Positions 48,001 to 61,906 of a DNA stretch of 64,000 bases are shown here, one piece after another. The position numbers were made by a program, and so were the translations under genes. Below the pieces are notes generated by a model, which saw only the letters and a list, made by a program, of their open reading frames with translations, did not search any database and was not told where the DNA came from. Numbering within the stretch: position 1 is the first letter of the stretch; every line of letters begins with the position of its first letter. This stretch comes from Azolla caroliniana (taxonomy: Eukaryota > Plantae > Polypodiophyta). The DNA is taken from positions 12,338,001 through 12,402,000 of the forward strand of contig JBHGNT010000007.1 of assembly GCA_043228905.1 (NCBI GenBank), in the 5' to 3' direction.

Positions 48001-48423
48001 GAACACTTCGGCCATTGCTACGAGCAATGAGGAACTTCTACTCATCTGTGAACAGACAAGTCCAAATCTTGCAAGCGAAGAGTGGACTTGGGTGATCGAC
48101 TCTGGCGCATCCTTTCACATTACTCTGTCGAGAGAGTACTTCTCGATGTATATAGTTGGGGATCATGGCTATGTAAAGATGGGTGATAGTGGAGAGCAAG
48201 ATAACCAGAGTCGGAAGTGTATGCTTAACGATCTCGACAAGGTGTCCACTGATGTTGAAGGATGTTCGACACTTCCCCGATATCAGATTGAATCTGGTAT
48301 CAGTGGTAGCTTTCAGAATGGCAAGTGGAAGTTCTGCCGAGAAAATCTCATAGTGGCCCGAGCACAGAAAGAAGGAACATTGTACATGATGCATGCTCGA
48401 CTGTGCAAATTGGAAGTAAATGT

Positions 48424-49106
48424 TGTTGTGGAGAAAAATCGTCCCTAGGCACACTCAGAGAATATCGGGAGAATCGGCGGAGTGCATCGTGTGTACTCTC
48501 CCTTGTAAAAACGTGTGAATAATAGGGGGGTGCCTTTATGGCGCCGAGTGGGATTCAAGTCGGGACAACGAATCCCATGTAGATCGGGATTTATCCCACA
48601 TTGTAACGCATCCCTCTCCTTGTTCTATAAAAGGAAGGGATGGTCCCTTGTAGAAGGGTTGCCCATTTTGAGTTAGGAGGGTATACCACTTAGGTCTAGG
48701 GTTTGGTAGAGTTGTTCCTCTTCATCTTATTCTTGTTCCCTTAGGGTTTGTACTTTGGTCTTCGCCCTATTTTGTTTAGGGTTTCATCTTGTCTTCTTCT
48801 TTCTCTTCTGCCCCTTCGTGTCTGTTTAGGGTTTTGGCCCGATGAAGAGCTTGTATGTTCTATGGGGGTTTACTTCTACTCGGCCTCCTGTGCAAGACCT
48901 CGCTCGATGCGACGAGCCCAAGAGCTCCCCCGATGGCGGCTTGGCGGCAGACTGCTGTTGTAACGTAACCTACCTTGGTTTGGCTCGAAGCCGGGGATGT
49001 ATTCTTTCCCTTGTAATATACATATTCGTATCTGTTTGTGCATATTGGTGTATTTGGTGGTGTCGGGAGCACAATCCCTTGCTTCCTGTGCATAAGAGTC
49101 GGTGTC

Positions 49107-49194
<88 letters not shown>

Positions 49195-49308
49195 GTTCGG
49201 TTGCCTCCGGGACGCGTCCGGAGTCGGTTTCTCGGCACCCCTTTGTCCCTAGTCCGAGACCCCCTGTGGTCCCACCCCTTCTACACGCACACGCGTAATA
49301 ACGTGACA
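48424..49308 (+). mobile_element. Solo-LTR-like insert C (family of insert A), nested in Copia-6
   Basis: Splits LEVN|VVADSAGEIWHKRL; shares CTATAAAAGGAAGGGA, GTATACCACTTAG and the 3' CCTAGTCC..CTTCTACACGCAC with insert A. Confidence 0.8.
49112..49192. repeat. (CT)~40 microsatellite
   Basis: Direct reading. Confidence 0.97.
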
Positions 49309-52300
49309 TATTTGGTGGCCGACTCGGCTGGGGAGATATGGCATAAGAGGCTAGGCCACATAAGTGAAAAGGGAATGCACGTGTTAGTTGACCAGAACCT
49401 TCTGCTAGAAGTCAAGGGAGTGCACCTGGAGAAGTGTGTCGACTGCTTAGCAAGAAAGCAGAACAGGACGACATTCCACTCGAGACCACCGAGGAGAAGA
49501 GAAGCTGCACTGGAACTAGTACACACGGATGTGGCCTATGTGGATGCTCCATCGCATCGAGGAGGACAGTACTTTGTAACGTTCATTGACGACTATAGTC
49601 AGAAGACATGGGCCTTCGTACTGAAGTTGAAGGATCAAGTATTGTCGATTTTCAAGGAGTTCTAGGCAAGAACCGAAAGAGAGTCGGGTCAAAAACTGAA
49701 GGTTGTCTGAACCGACAACGGTGGCGAATACAAAGGGCAGTTCAAAGAATACTGCAAGTGTCAAGGTATTCGAATTGAATACACAGTACCAAAGACCCCA
49801 GAATTGAACGGGCTTGTAGAGAGGATGAATCGAACGATCATGGAGAGAGTGAGGAGCATGCTCTCTCATGCAAAATTGCTAAAATCCTATTGGGCTGAGA
49901 CGATGTACACAACTGTTTATCTAATCAACAGGTCTCCCTCAGTACCTCTAAAGGGTGATGTCCCACAGAGGGTGTGGACAGGGAAGGATGTCTCCTACCA
50001 ACACCTGAGGGTGTTCGGATGTTTGGTGTATATGCATGTACCAAAGGATCAGAGGTCAAAGCTCAACAACAAGTCAAAAGCATGCATATTCATGGGATAC
50101 TCGGAAGATGAGTTCGGCTACAGGTTGTGGGGCTTAGTCGACAAGAAGGTAGTGAGAAGTCGGGATGTAGTCTTCCTAGAAGACAAGACAATTGAAGACT
50201 GGAAGCAATAGAAGTCGGAACCGACTCCCCAGTCAACCTCGACTACCATCGACTTAAGGCCAAGTGAGTCATCACAGACAGTTGTAAGGAGACAGTTGGT
50301 TGACAGAGTCGAATCCAATTCGGTCGACTTGGAAAGACCGACAGACTATGAGTCAGAGTCGGCAAACCTGCTAAAATCAATTGAGGAATATGAGTTGGAG
50401 TTGTCCAACTTGGAGATGCCAATTGATGAGCAGAATCCCGAGCAAAGAGAAGAGTTGGCAGAGACATCCGGACTAGAGCCAATTGTGAGTGGATGAAGGT
50501 ACCCACTCAGAGAAAGGAAGGCACCGATTACATATGCCCGTCAATACATCCTCTTGACTGATGACGGTGAACCGGAGTGCTATGAAGAAGCCATTGCTGA
50601 CGAGAGCAGAGGAAAATGGCTGAACGCGATGTAAGAGGAGATGGAATCCTTGCACGCGAATTACACCTACGACCTAGTAGAGTTGCCGAAAGGTAAGAGA
50701 GCACTCGGGAAAAAATGGGTCTACAAGGTGAAGACTGGAGAAGTCGACAGTGAGCCCAGGTATAAAGCCCGCAGAGTGGTGAAGGGTTTACAACAGAGGA
50801 AGGGCGTCGACTTTGACGAAATATTCGCACCAGTCGTGAAGATGACATCCATTCAAACTGTTCTGAGCATAGCGGCTAGTTTGGACCTGGAGATCGAACA
50901 GTTGGATGTCAAAACCACATTTCTACATGGGGAGTTAGACGAAGAGATCTACATGCATCAACCCGAAGGCTTTGAAGAGAAAGGGAAAGAGAATCTGGTG
51001 TGTTGACTTAGGGAAAGCTTGTACGGATTGAAACAAGCTCCACGCCAATGGTACAAGAAGTTCGAGTCCTTCATGATGGAACATCGATTCCAGAAAACAC
51101 AGGCTGATCACTGTGTGTTTGTCAAAAGCTACAAGGAAGGAGATTTCTTGATTCTCTTGCTATATGTTGATGATATGTTGATAGTCGGTCAAGACACAAG
51201 GAAGATTGGAAGCTTGAAGAAAGCTCTCGGCAAATCATAAAGTATGTGACGAAGATCCTAGAGAGGTTCAACATGTCGAATGCAAAGCTGGTCGGCTCCG
51301 TGTTGTCGACAAACTGCAGATTAAATGCGAAGCAGTGTCCGAAGGGACAGAAGGAGAAGGCTGAGATGAGGAAGGTACCATATGCGTCAACCGTCGGTAG
51401 TGTAATGTATGCTATGGTCTGTACGAGACCGGACATAGCATTTGTTGTAGGAGCAGTAAGCCGATATATGAGTAATCCAGGGAGAGAACACTAGGCAATG
51501 GTGAAGTGGATACTTAGGTACTTGAAATTCACCTCGGAGGTGTGCCTAAGGTATGGTGTCGGAAAACCTGTGCTGGAAGGTTTTACCGATTCGGACATGT
51601 CAGGAGATGTCGACTCGAGCCGATCCACGTCAGGGTACATGATGACCTATGCAGGGGGAGCAGTGTCGTGGCAGTCATGACTGCAAAAGTCTGTAGCCTT
51701 GTCGACTACAGAGGCAGAGTATATGGCAGTGGTAGAAGCTGCAAAAGAGCTGATCTAGATGAGAAATTTTCTCACCGAACTAGGCATGAAACAAAAGGAG
51801 TTCTTGCTTCATTGTGATAGCCAAAGCGCCAAACACCTAGCAAAGAACGCGGCATACCACTCTCGGACCAAGCACAAACAGAGAAGGTATCATTGGTTGA
51901 GAGAGAGAGTCAAAGAAGGAGAGTTTTCTCTCGAAAAGATCCATACTGACGACAACGGATCCGACATGTTGACGAAGAACCTACCTATGGACAGACTCAG
52001 AGTCTGTCAACAAAATACAGGACTAACAGTTCTCCTCCAACAGGAGTGAAGGGGGAGTTTGTTGGGAAATATGTCCCTCCAGTGGGAGGAAGATCCGACC
52101 GTCCGGAAAGCCAACAGTCGAGGAGCCAAGTTGATGAGGGATTCAACTGAGGCCGAAACCGGAATCGGGTAAATAACCAACTCAGGAGACTATACTTGTA
52201 AATAGTCTAAGTGTGCGCTCCATGAGGGCTACGTATGTAAATAACCAGAAAGTTGTGTAAGTATATATGCAACTAGGGCAAACTTTTAGGTAAGAACAGT

Positions 52301-53989
52301 GTACAGAAGTTGTAGTGTGCGATATAGTGAAAGAGAAGAGAGAGTGTGAGAGAAGGAAGAGTCGCGCCATAGTTGTGTGTGTAATAGTAGACGCGAAGAG
52401 CCCTGTGCGGCCGATGCACTCGTGAGAGAGTGTTGTAATCTTCTCGCTATTGTATATTCACTATTTGTATAGTGAAGAATCTGTTCCTGTGGTTTTCCCC
52501 GTTTTAGGGTTTCCACGTAAATCTCTGTGTACATCTATTTATCTTGTCTTTCTGGTATATTTCTATAATTCGTATTTAAGCGTGTAGTTCGTTCATTGTG
52601 ATTTATATTCCACAATGATTACTCGACACATACAGCTCACCAAGACCCGTATATTCCATGCTTGGACAAAGCACATAGAAGTGCATTATCACTTTGTTCA
52701 TCAACGGGTCCTGAGCGGTGAAAGCGGTGAAGTTGAACTTCGGTATGTTCACATGGATCAGCAAGTTGCCGACATCTTCACCAAGCCGCTCAGATCATAC
52801 AAGTTGCAACATTTTTCAGAGATGCTTGGCATTCAACATCTCGATGTGCCGCACTTGAGGGGGAGAACAGGAATGGGAACAGATAGCACTGGACAAGGAG
52901 CCGGAGAGGAAGAAAGAACCAAGGGAGGAGATGAGCAGATAGAGGAAGCCGAGCCGACCGAAGGAGTTGACACATCCGAAGCAAGCGGCAACGACGGCAG
53001 AGTCAAGAAGGACAGAGCCGACCGGAAGAAGGCCAAGACCTAGACGTGGTCCGATGTGGTGAAGAGCCTAAAAACGGAAGACGAGTTGGAGACTACCAAC
53101 TCATACAAGAGCTGGAACAAATCGAAGGAAGTTGATTTGGTTCAATAGTTGGATTCGTAAGAGCCGGATCAACTAAAGGCCAAGCGAACAAAAAGGCAGC
53201 GGAAGTCGACACTGACACGGAGGAACTGATGGTTCAACAATCGCCGGAGTCGTAGCAGCGAAGGAGCTGAAATGGGCCTACTGAGTAGACAAGCAGACCA
53301 AGGAGGACGAGGTGCACAGAACCTGACGGATCGTGGGAAGCAGAACCGGACCAGACGATGAGCGCGAGCAAGGCGGGAGGACGCTAGAAGGATTCGGACG
53401 GAAGAACTGGCTACCACAAAAACTGATACCACGATCCAACCTCAAGTTGATCTTGAGAGGGAGTGTTGAGCGAGCAAGCTCAACCAGATCCGGATTGGCT
53501 GAATTAGCCAAAGCCAGATCTGTATCCGGAACGGAGAACCAGATCGGTGTCCGAATGATATCCAGAACTAGGAGCCGGATCGGATTGAAATTGGTAGGCC
53601 GTTAGAGCCCTACGGATCCAACCTAGTACGTAGGCATATTTTTGGGAGTCAGTGGTAGTCGCTCGTATAAGCATTGAAGTACCTATCAGTGCTTTTGTCA
53701 GTCCTTTATGGACTTGTATAATAGTGCTCTCTAAGCACATTCTATGAACACAGAGGATTATTATTTTAGAATAGAGTTCTATGTTCTGCTCTCTCTGTGT
53801 CTCTCCCATGTATGCTAAATATTCTCAAGCTTCCATTGAACCCGTGTTTTTTATTCTCTGTTGTTGCCCAGCTAAACTGGTTTTGTCAAGCTTCTACACG
53901 CTAACTTTTACAACTTATTATCAACAAAATATACGTGAAGTTCAGCTTTGGCAATCAAAGGAACCAAAATTAATGCATTCTTCAAGATG

Positions 53990-54250
53990 ACAACACCTCC
54001 ATTTGCAGTTGTAAGCGAAAATTATCCTACTCCAATGATAGGATAAAAGGCATTGTTTGCACACACCACATGTCATCCTTTGGGCGCATCTTTCAAGGAT
54101 GCAAAAAAACTTTTGCATGAAGTAATGTGCTTTAAAGCACCGCTATCAAAGAACCAATTCAAATCAGCCTCACTTACAACCACACTTAGAGTGCAATGAT
54201 GCATCATAATGATATGTAACAACACATGCCCAAAAATATTGAGCCATGTT
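53990..54250 (-). mobile_element. Small Copia protease remnant
   Basis: WFFDSGALKHITSCKSFF. Confidence 0.55.
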
Positions 54251-54619
54251 GGCTTCATCACTCTTTGCACATGAAGAATTTTCAGCAATGGTCATGCCGG
54301 ATTCCTCCTTCTTCTCATTTCCCTTACTTAGCAAGCTTTGCAAAGAACATGCGACACTTCTCCAGAACGACCTCGATGAAGAAAACAACGAACCAATGGT
54401 GTTATCCACAAAAGCAAAGGACTAGCTACAGAAGAACGGATTCGAAGGATTCATACGGGTTGTAGAAGCTTTGCCGCACAAAGAACCGGAGAGAGTCGCC
54501 AAAACAATCGACGTCGATGGTATCTTTGAGGCAACCATCCAGGCCGCAATTGAGCTTCAATCCAGAGGCCTACGATCAATAGAGAATCCATCCATAGAGA
54601 TCCTGGATGAGTTCTTCGA

Positions 54620-55280
54620 TGAGGAATTCCAGCTCTACTTTGATAGTCAAAGTGTCATCCACCTTGTAAAGAACGCAGCGTACCATTCCAAGACAAAGCA
54701 CATCCAGAGAAGATATCACTGGCTCCGGGAGAAGGTAAAAGATAAAGAGTTCGTGTTGACGAAGATCCATATGGAGGAGAAAGGGTTGGACATGCTGACA
54801 AAGGTGCTATCAGCCGACAAGTTGGACCTGTGCAAGAAATGGATCGGATTGACAAGACATCCCATGCCGGAGTGAAGAGGGAGCTTGTTGGGAATTCGGT
54901 CCCTCCGGATGGGATTCAGATGAGATCCATGAGAAGCAAATGAGCTGGATCGGACGAACCGAAGGAAGGAACTGAACCGGACAAACCTGGAAGGTATCCG
55001 GATGGATCCGGTGTGAACCGGATCCATGGACATATTTGTAAATACGTTTCTAGTAAGCCTTTCATGGTTATATTTGTAAATAGTCCTAAAGTCAATATAA
55101 GTATAAATATGACTTAGGGCAATCACTTTACGAGAATAATGTGTGTAGAGATATTGTTGTATAGATAGAGAGAGAGAGTGAGTGAGACACAAAACTTGTT
55201 TTTATTGCAACCACCGGTTGGTGTAAACATCATGTGTCCTCTCTGTTGTCTGTGTAAGTGCATTAATTTCCATTTCTATT
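54620..55280 (+). mobile_element. 3' end of a Copia-2-related element (RNase H end, PPT, LTR from 54886)
   Basis: KNAAYHSKTKHIQRRYHWLRE...RHPMPE; GAAGAGGGAG followed by TGTTGGG. Confidence 0.8.
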
Positions 55281-55289
55281 TTGTTCTTC

Positions 55290-56070
55290 CATTGAGTTTA
55301 AGACTCAGTTGTTGCTGAGCACTATTCCACACAATCAACACCTTCAGTCAGGTGTTGTCAGAACTCTCTTCACAAGGGATCAACATCGAAGAAGAAGTGA
55401 AAGCCCTTGCCCTCCTATCGAGCTTGCCGGCGAGTTGGAAGTTATTCTGCACGACATACACCAACAGTCGACGGATCCTAAACTTGGATGAAACGATCTA
55501 CCAAGTCCTCACTAAGGACATTTAGTGAAAATCGATGGGACTCACCATCGACGAGTCGGCAGAAGCTTATCACTCGACCGAGTGGATCGACCGAGTGGAT
55601 CGACCGATTGAGTTGATCGAGAGAACAAATTGACAAAACCGGTCGGAACACCAACAGATCAAGAACGAGTGGAGACCGACATCGGTCGAAGTCGAAAACG
55701 GGTTGATCAAGCGAATTCTGCACACATTGCCGAAAAGTCGGCCACAATGTTTCTGACTGCTAATCAATCAAGAGGAAAAAGAGTGGTCGGCGATTCGAGT
55801 GAGTCGACAGCCAAATCAACGTTGCTGACACCCAATCAAGAGAAAATCTCTCCTTAGAGGATTCAGTGATCAGAGAAGTCTTCTATAGTGCACAAGATGC
55901 ACACACGTGGCTACTGGACTCCGGTGCAACATTCCACGTGACCCCAAACAACGAATGGTTTTCGAACTATTCAGCCGACGCTAGCTGCATAGTCCGACTA
56001 GGCAACGGGCAGGAGTGTAGAATCGCATGGACTGGAGAGGTTCCCATCTGATTGCCAAATGGGAACATAA
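55290..56070 (+). mobile_element. Copia gag/protease remnant
   Basis: EEVKALALLSSLPASW; CTHCRKVGHNVSDC; WLLDSGATFHVTP. Confidence 0.75.
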
Positions 56071-56928
56071 AGGAGTCTGGTCTAAATCAGCATGTTAGCC
56101 GAAGATGGGTACGTCGCGGCCAAGTCCAAAATTGGACAAAGGCAAAGGTAAGATGCCCGAATACGAAGTCAACCACCCTGACGATAGTGATCCAGATGTG
56201 TGGGCTCCCTCACTAGATAGTGAGTTTGGTGTAACCATTATGCGGACACCCAGAGTAAAGAAGGCGCTCACATCGACAAGCGAAAAGCTCCGGCACTCAT
56301 CACGAGAGAAGAACCTCGTCACTCGGTTCAGCTACAACAAGTATATGGCCCATCATTATGCCTTCGCGATGAAGGTAGCGCCGAACAAGAGCCCAAGAGT
56401 TGTGACCCACGATGGGTGGACGCAATCGGCCTTTGAGTATTTCACACTACAAGCCTTCGTCGGCGGCTTGAGGGGGAGGAACCGAAAAGGCCATGAAAAT
56501 GCCGACGTCGAAAGCCGAACAAAAGCCAACATCAAAAGTCGAACAACGCCGAAAGAAAAACCTAATGTCAGATGCCTCACACTTGAGATTGAGGGGGCAT
56601 GTTGAGATATCAAGCTCAATTAGATTTAGTTAGTTAGTCAACACACATAACTTAGTAGTTACTTAGATAAAATGTAGTTAGTGTGTTGACCTTAAAGCCG
56701 TAAATAGGATTTTGTACTTGAGTGGGATACATTGTAGATCCTCCACTCCCATTTTCATTTAATATAGGACTTACACCTTTGTACCTATATTCTACTCACA
56801 CACATGTGCACCTTTGCACATGAGATGTATATATACCTCATTGTGGGTATTTTTGTATTTGATGATGCTTTTTAATATATACACTCTCGTTATCATCCCC
56901 CATTTATATTATTGTTCATAAGTGTAAC

Positions 56929-56980
<52 letters not shown>

Positions 56981-57067
56981 ACACACATATCTCATAATCT
57001 TCCGCTTATCAACCACTCACATAATTAGACGTTAATTAAACCTTGCTTAATTACCTAATTCTTAACA
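56071..57067 (+). mobile_element. Internally deleted Copia 3' remnant with LTR 56600-~57067
   Basis: KGKGKMPEYE..YNKYMAHHYA linker fused to the RH end; PPT TTGAGGGGGC; TGTTGAG...TTAACA. Confidence 0.7.
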
Positions 57068-57298
57068 TGAAGTACGCAAACTTTCTAAGAGATATGCAAG
57101 ATATATTGCATATTGCATAAAGATAATATAAAAACTGCTAAAGATAGAGCGTGTTTTTATGTTGATTATAATAGGCAACCTCATTTATTCAATGATGGAC
57201 AAAAGGTATTTCTACATTGGCCTCACAATTCTAAGACATTGTCTATGGGTAAGTGTGTTAAGTTAGCTCCATGGTTTTGTGGACCTTTCACAGTCCTT
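57068..57298 (+). mobile_element. Gypsy integrase C-terminal (GPF) remnant
   Basis: KDNIKTAKDRACFYVD...KLAPWFCGPFTVL. Confidence 0.65.
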
Positions 57299-57313
57299 TG
57301 CAAGACTTGTGAG

Positions 57314-57356
<43 letters not shown>

Positions 57357-60300
57357 AAAGAAGAAGAAGATATATTAACGTCTTCTAAGGCCAAAATTGG
57401 CCCATGAGACAAATGGTTTACAACAAAAAATGGGGTATTTACCCATTCATCAAAAGTAAAAAATAAAAATAAAAATAGATTTTTAAGCTAAATAGTTCTA
57501 GTAAAATAAAATATTTCATTTCCATCCAAGTCTCTCGAAGAGAAGCGGGAGGTCAAAGGGTTTCGATGTGGATGTGGCCCATGGCCCCAATGTAAAAGGT
57601 ACCCCAACCATAGCTTCTAGTTGACGTAGCTCACGTTCCCTTATCTTCCTTGTCCTTTCTACTCCGTGTCTACTTGTTTTGAAGCCCAACATCCGAGGGC
57701 GTTTGGTTGTTCTTTGCGTTTCGGCTTCCTCAAGAGAGAGGTCGAACGGCGTAAGTGTATCCACGTTCATCGTCTCCCGTTGTTCCTGAAAAATTACACT
57801 AGTTACAAGTTGATGAATAGTAAAAGGGTTATGGTTAACACTTTGCAATTTATTCTCCCTGTGTTGTTTTAGCTCTAAGATATACCTACCTAGTCTCTTT
57901 ACATCCGGGGTATCTAATAGTTTGGAGAGGGTGAGAGAGGGTCCTAATATGTCTTGGTATTCCACTCATATCTCGGCATAAGTTGGGCACTTGCATGTGA
58001 AGTGATACTCATCCTCTATCTCTATGTGGCACAACCTACATAGTCTTTCCTCCCTAGGGACTCTATTAGCCGGACCACTCTCAATCTCAAGTTGGTGAGA
58101 TGATATCCTAAGTTGTCCAATGGTCACCCTTAGTGCATTTGATAAGAATGTATCTACATATCTTGGTCGTGTAATAAAACCTAACTGAGAGAAGTGTGCA
58201 AGAAGTGTTCCTTATAGTAAAACATTTTAGATGGGAGTGGTTGTCATGGGGTGATCCATTTATATCGAGTGTAAATTTGCCATATTTGTTGGCGTATCAC
58301 TTTATTTCGGTCTTCATGAGATATTAGAGTTTGGTCAGTCCCATGGTTGTACTTAAGGAGGGGTAAGGTATTAATGTATATGCCGTTTGTAAGTAACCAA
58401 CTCACCATAGTGCTATACCAAGAGCTAGTGTCTCTAGATGCATGTAGGGATCGAGATGCCTCAAAGGCTCGACGGGATATCCTATCTTATGGTTGGCTAT
58501 GTATCCGATGAATAAAAACTACCACTTGAAACAATGATTCTACTAACATCAGGGGCAAACTGAACTCTGCTCTAATAATGTCATGTGGTACTATTGATTT
58601 GCTTCGGATTTAATGTGATAACATCGTCACCAAAGGTCTCTCTAATTGCGTCCACATGAAAAATGGTAGACCTAGAGCCCATACTACTGATGCATACATG
58701 AGGGAAGGGGTCACTAATGAGTTGAAGAGCCATCCCTTAGTCTGTGGCTCTTGAAAGTAGGCTTGGTGGCATTGTCTCTATAAGAGTGAGAGGGATGCAT
58801 AACCTCTCATTAGCCTATCTTTGGTTGCATGGGTCATCAAGAATTTACCTGAGCAAGCACTAAAAGGGACTCCCAAGTATACATATTATCCAACTACCTC
58901 AACTAGTTTATGAGAGAGGATTAGGTGACATTTACTCCTAACTCGGGACGATGTATGAAAGATAAGGACTTTAGTTTTCGCTAGATTCAGTACCAGTCCT
59001 CATTGTGTACAAAAGTCATCTAGGGCATTAAGATGCTTTTGTAGGTCGTGTTCCGACTCCGAGAGCAAGACAATGTCGTCTGTGTAGAGTAAGAGACTAA
59101 CTTGCGTATCCCCAATAGCTACTCCCTTGCCTCCCTTACGAGCAATAAAATCAGTGATCCCATCAATGTCGATCCCAAAAAGAGTCGGTGATAGGGGGCA
59201 ACCCTGTTTTACACCAATGGTGCTAGTGAAACAATCAGATAGGCCACCTATGCATCTTACGCACCCAGAGACTTGCTCATATAGGGCATAAATGGCCCAG
59301 ATCATGTCATTTTTAGTATCTCCAAGCTCTTAAGTCTATAAAACAACTTCTCCCTAGGAACTGTGTGAAAGGCTTTGCGGAAGTCCACAAAGCAACACTA
59401 TAGTTTCTTCTTACGAGCGTTCGTCTGGTCAATTAAGCACCTAAGTGTGAAGATATGGTCAATAGTGGAGAAGGCTTGTCTAAAGCCAGCCTGTTCAGGT
59501 GCTCGAGGACTTAATGTTTCCACTTCCAATTCCGCACCATTTAGTTTAGTGAGTGTATGACATATCATAATGGTCCTATATGTATTTGGGTCCATTGGGT
59601 CCCCTCCTTTATGTATAGGGGCCACTGTGTTCATGGTCCATTGTGGTGGAAAACCCTCGGCGAGGGCGCGGTTGAAGAGTAGAGTGAGAAAGGGGACTAG
59701 GCACTCTCGAGCATATATGATGTGCTCGGATAGCAATCCTCTGTGGTCCATGAATTTCCTATGTTGTAATTTTTTTATGACCTTTGTGACCCTAAAGGTC
59801 GTGAAAAGTGTCCCCATGTTAGGTCGGGGTGTGGAAGGCATTGGGATGGATGGTTGGTTTAGGACATGGTAGAGTCTCTCGATATATGTGTGCCAAATAT
59901 TGGGATCCTCGATGGGTGCAATCCCTACTCATGAGCATATAGTAGAGTTCCCAATATTGGGATGCTTCCCAAGCTCGTCTTTTGCGACATGTCATCTTGT
60001 GCATCTCTTTTCGAGCCTGTACTAAGGAAATAGTACCACTATGTCGTGACACTTTAAGTTGTCTATACAACTCTCTACGATCCTCGTCATACCACTTGTT
60101 TTGTGGCATAGACCCTATTCTACTATGATTGGAGTGTTTCGTGTATGGGAAGCTACTAATTGCTGCTGACTAAAAAGGGTGTGTGCGAGTTTTGTAGTGA
60201 GGTTCTCTAAAGGCAAGGAAGAATAAAAAGAGGGGAGATGGGCTTGAACATGTCGAGAGTAGATGTCAACGAGCTCATGCGTGAAATGTATTATGGTGTG

Positions 60301-61906
60301 ATGGTTTGGTTGACTAGAGTTGGTGATGTGGGAGGTGTCGCATTTTAGCTCAAAGTGTAGGAAGCTATGGTCTACACCAATGGGGCATGGGGCCACCCGA
60401 AAGGAGTTGTTAATGATGTGGGTAGCTTCAGGTCGTCCTATTAGGCAATCAACTATGCTTTCCCCTCCTCCATGTGGGAAACATGTGAGCGCTTCCGAGC
60501 CCGGTCAATTGGCTAAGCCATTATATATGATCATCTGGTGTCGGCTTCCAAGTTCAAGCAAATGATGGCCAAAGCTTGTGGCGTCCACACCTTGATCCTT
60601 TGATGTACGCGTTATGTCTAAGTCTAAAGGGTCGACATTCACCATTTCGAGGTTTCTATCCATTTGAAATATTGTGCATTGTCGAGATTGGGTTCTCACA
60701 TTGAAATCTCCTACAAGGAAGACATCCCCTTGAGAAGAATATCGGATTATGTCATCTGATAAAGGTTCGTATGGAGAAGGCCCATGTGGCATTCCTTCAT
60801 CAACTATACTCACCTCTCCAGCCATATTATACCAGGATCCTTTCAGGGGAAGTAACACACGGCGATAAATATCGCCTGGTCCTTGCTAGTGAGGACTTTC
60901 ACCCACATAAAATGGGCTTCTGGGTCTTTTTTTAGTAATTCTATCCTATTATGTATCTCTCTCCGAAATAGTATCGCAACCCCTCTAGACCCTCTAGTAC
61001 TATGTCGATGTGAGGTTTGTCTAAAGACAGATTCCCAACGAAAACCGTCAACTCTTGGTAGTCCTCGATTTGGGCTCTGATGTGTTTCTACTAGAAAAAA
61101 TATGTGACATACCTTCAAAATCTCCTCTAGACGGCCAGGGTGTGTCCAAAGTGCACCGTTACAGTTCCAAAAAGTCATCCTAAGTTTATTGTCTGTCACA
61201 TGGGCCACACGCCGTCAATTGACAGCGCAATCATTTATTATCACACGTTTGTCTCAGTAAAAAGCACGATGCCCCTCTTTAAGAGCTTGCATGACTCGCG
61301 GCATACAAGTTTTACAATGCTCAATTTGCATCTTGGTCAGGTCTTCATCGAGGTAGATATGGTCCCCGCCCAATCCTCGAAGACTTGGTCTCTTTTTAAA
61401 AAATGCAATTCTAGATTCTGAGTCCTTAAACTGAAGGACTAAAGCTCTTTTCCTAGTGGTGTCACGTCCTACCCTCCAAATTTTAGTGATTGGTAGGGCG
61501 TCATACCCCAACATTTTCCCTAATATTTGTGCATCTTCGTCAAGAGATGCCCCTTCCTTGAGCCTAGTAACTCGTACATTTAGGCGTCGAGCTTGATGCA
61601 TTTTTCCTCCTCAAGGGTAGTGTTTACAATATTTTCATCCTTTAGTTCCTTTTTAATCTTACGTTTTACTACATCAACCCACCCAGTTTTTGCTAATTCC
61701 ATATCCCTTTTAACCTCTTCCTTAATCTTTTTTATCTCATCCTTAATATCCTCTAGGGAAGATATTTCACCATCTTCCCTAGATGTCTCAAGGTCCTTAA
61801 CTTGTTTCTAAAGGTTCGTGTTGTCTACTTTAAGATTCGTTATTTTAGCAATAAGCACTTCTTTTTCTTCCTTATCTTTTTGTTTTTCAACTTCAATCTC
61901 TTTCTT
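57357..61906 (-). mobile_element. Non-LTR retrotransposon (APE-RT-CCHC, RTEX-like), 5'-truncated in ORF1, decayed
   Basis: ORF1 (RRLNVRVT..WRVG..IYLDEDLT); APE (FWNCNG, LVETH, VGDFN, DH); RT (FVDFRKAF, GVKQGCPLSPTLF, LYTDD, YLG); C-terminal SSHQLEIESG..PREERLCRLC..EDEYHF..C; (CTT)n tail. Confidence 0.88.

Larger units (their letters stand above)
46615..52628 (+). mobile_element. Full-length decayed Ty1/Copia (Copia-6, Tnt1/Tork-like) nested in Copia-5 RNase H
   Basis: LTRs 46615-47163 (starts TA, decayed from TG) and 52060-52628. TSD CATAC. PBS-Met at 47167-47178. PPT GAAGGGGGAG. gag-pol 47192-52049 with many stops. Confidence 0.95.
42921..53898 (+). mobile_element. 5'-truncated Ty1/Copia (Copia-5, same family as Copia-3) hosting Copia-6; 3' LTR 53464-~53898
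   Basis: 3' gag (SFFDLQSML), WYVDSGASNHM, INT, RT (LYVDDLVI); RH split by Copia-6; LTR starts TGTTGAGCGAGCAAGCTCAACC like the Copia-3 LTR. Confidence 0.87.

Noticed and set aside
48842-49309. ORFs with poly-(SL) or poly-(RE)
   Set aside because: Translation of the (CT)n microsatellite
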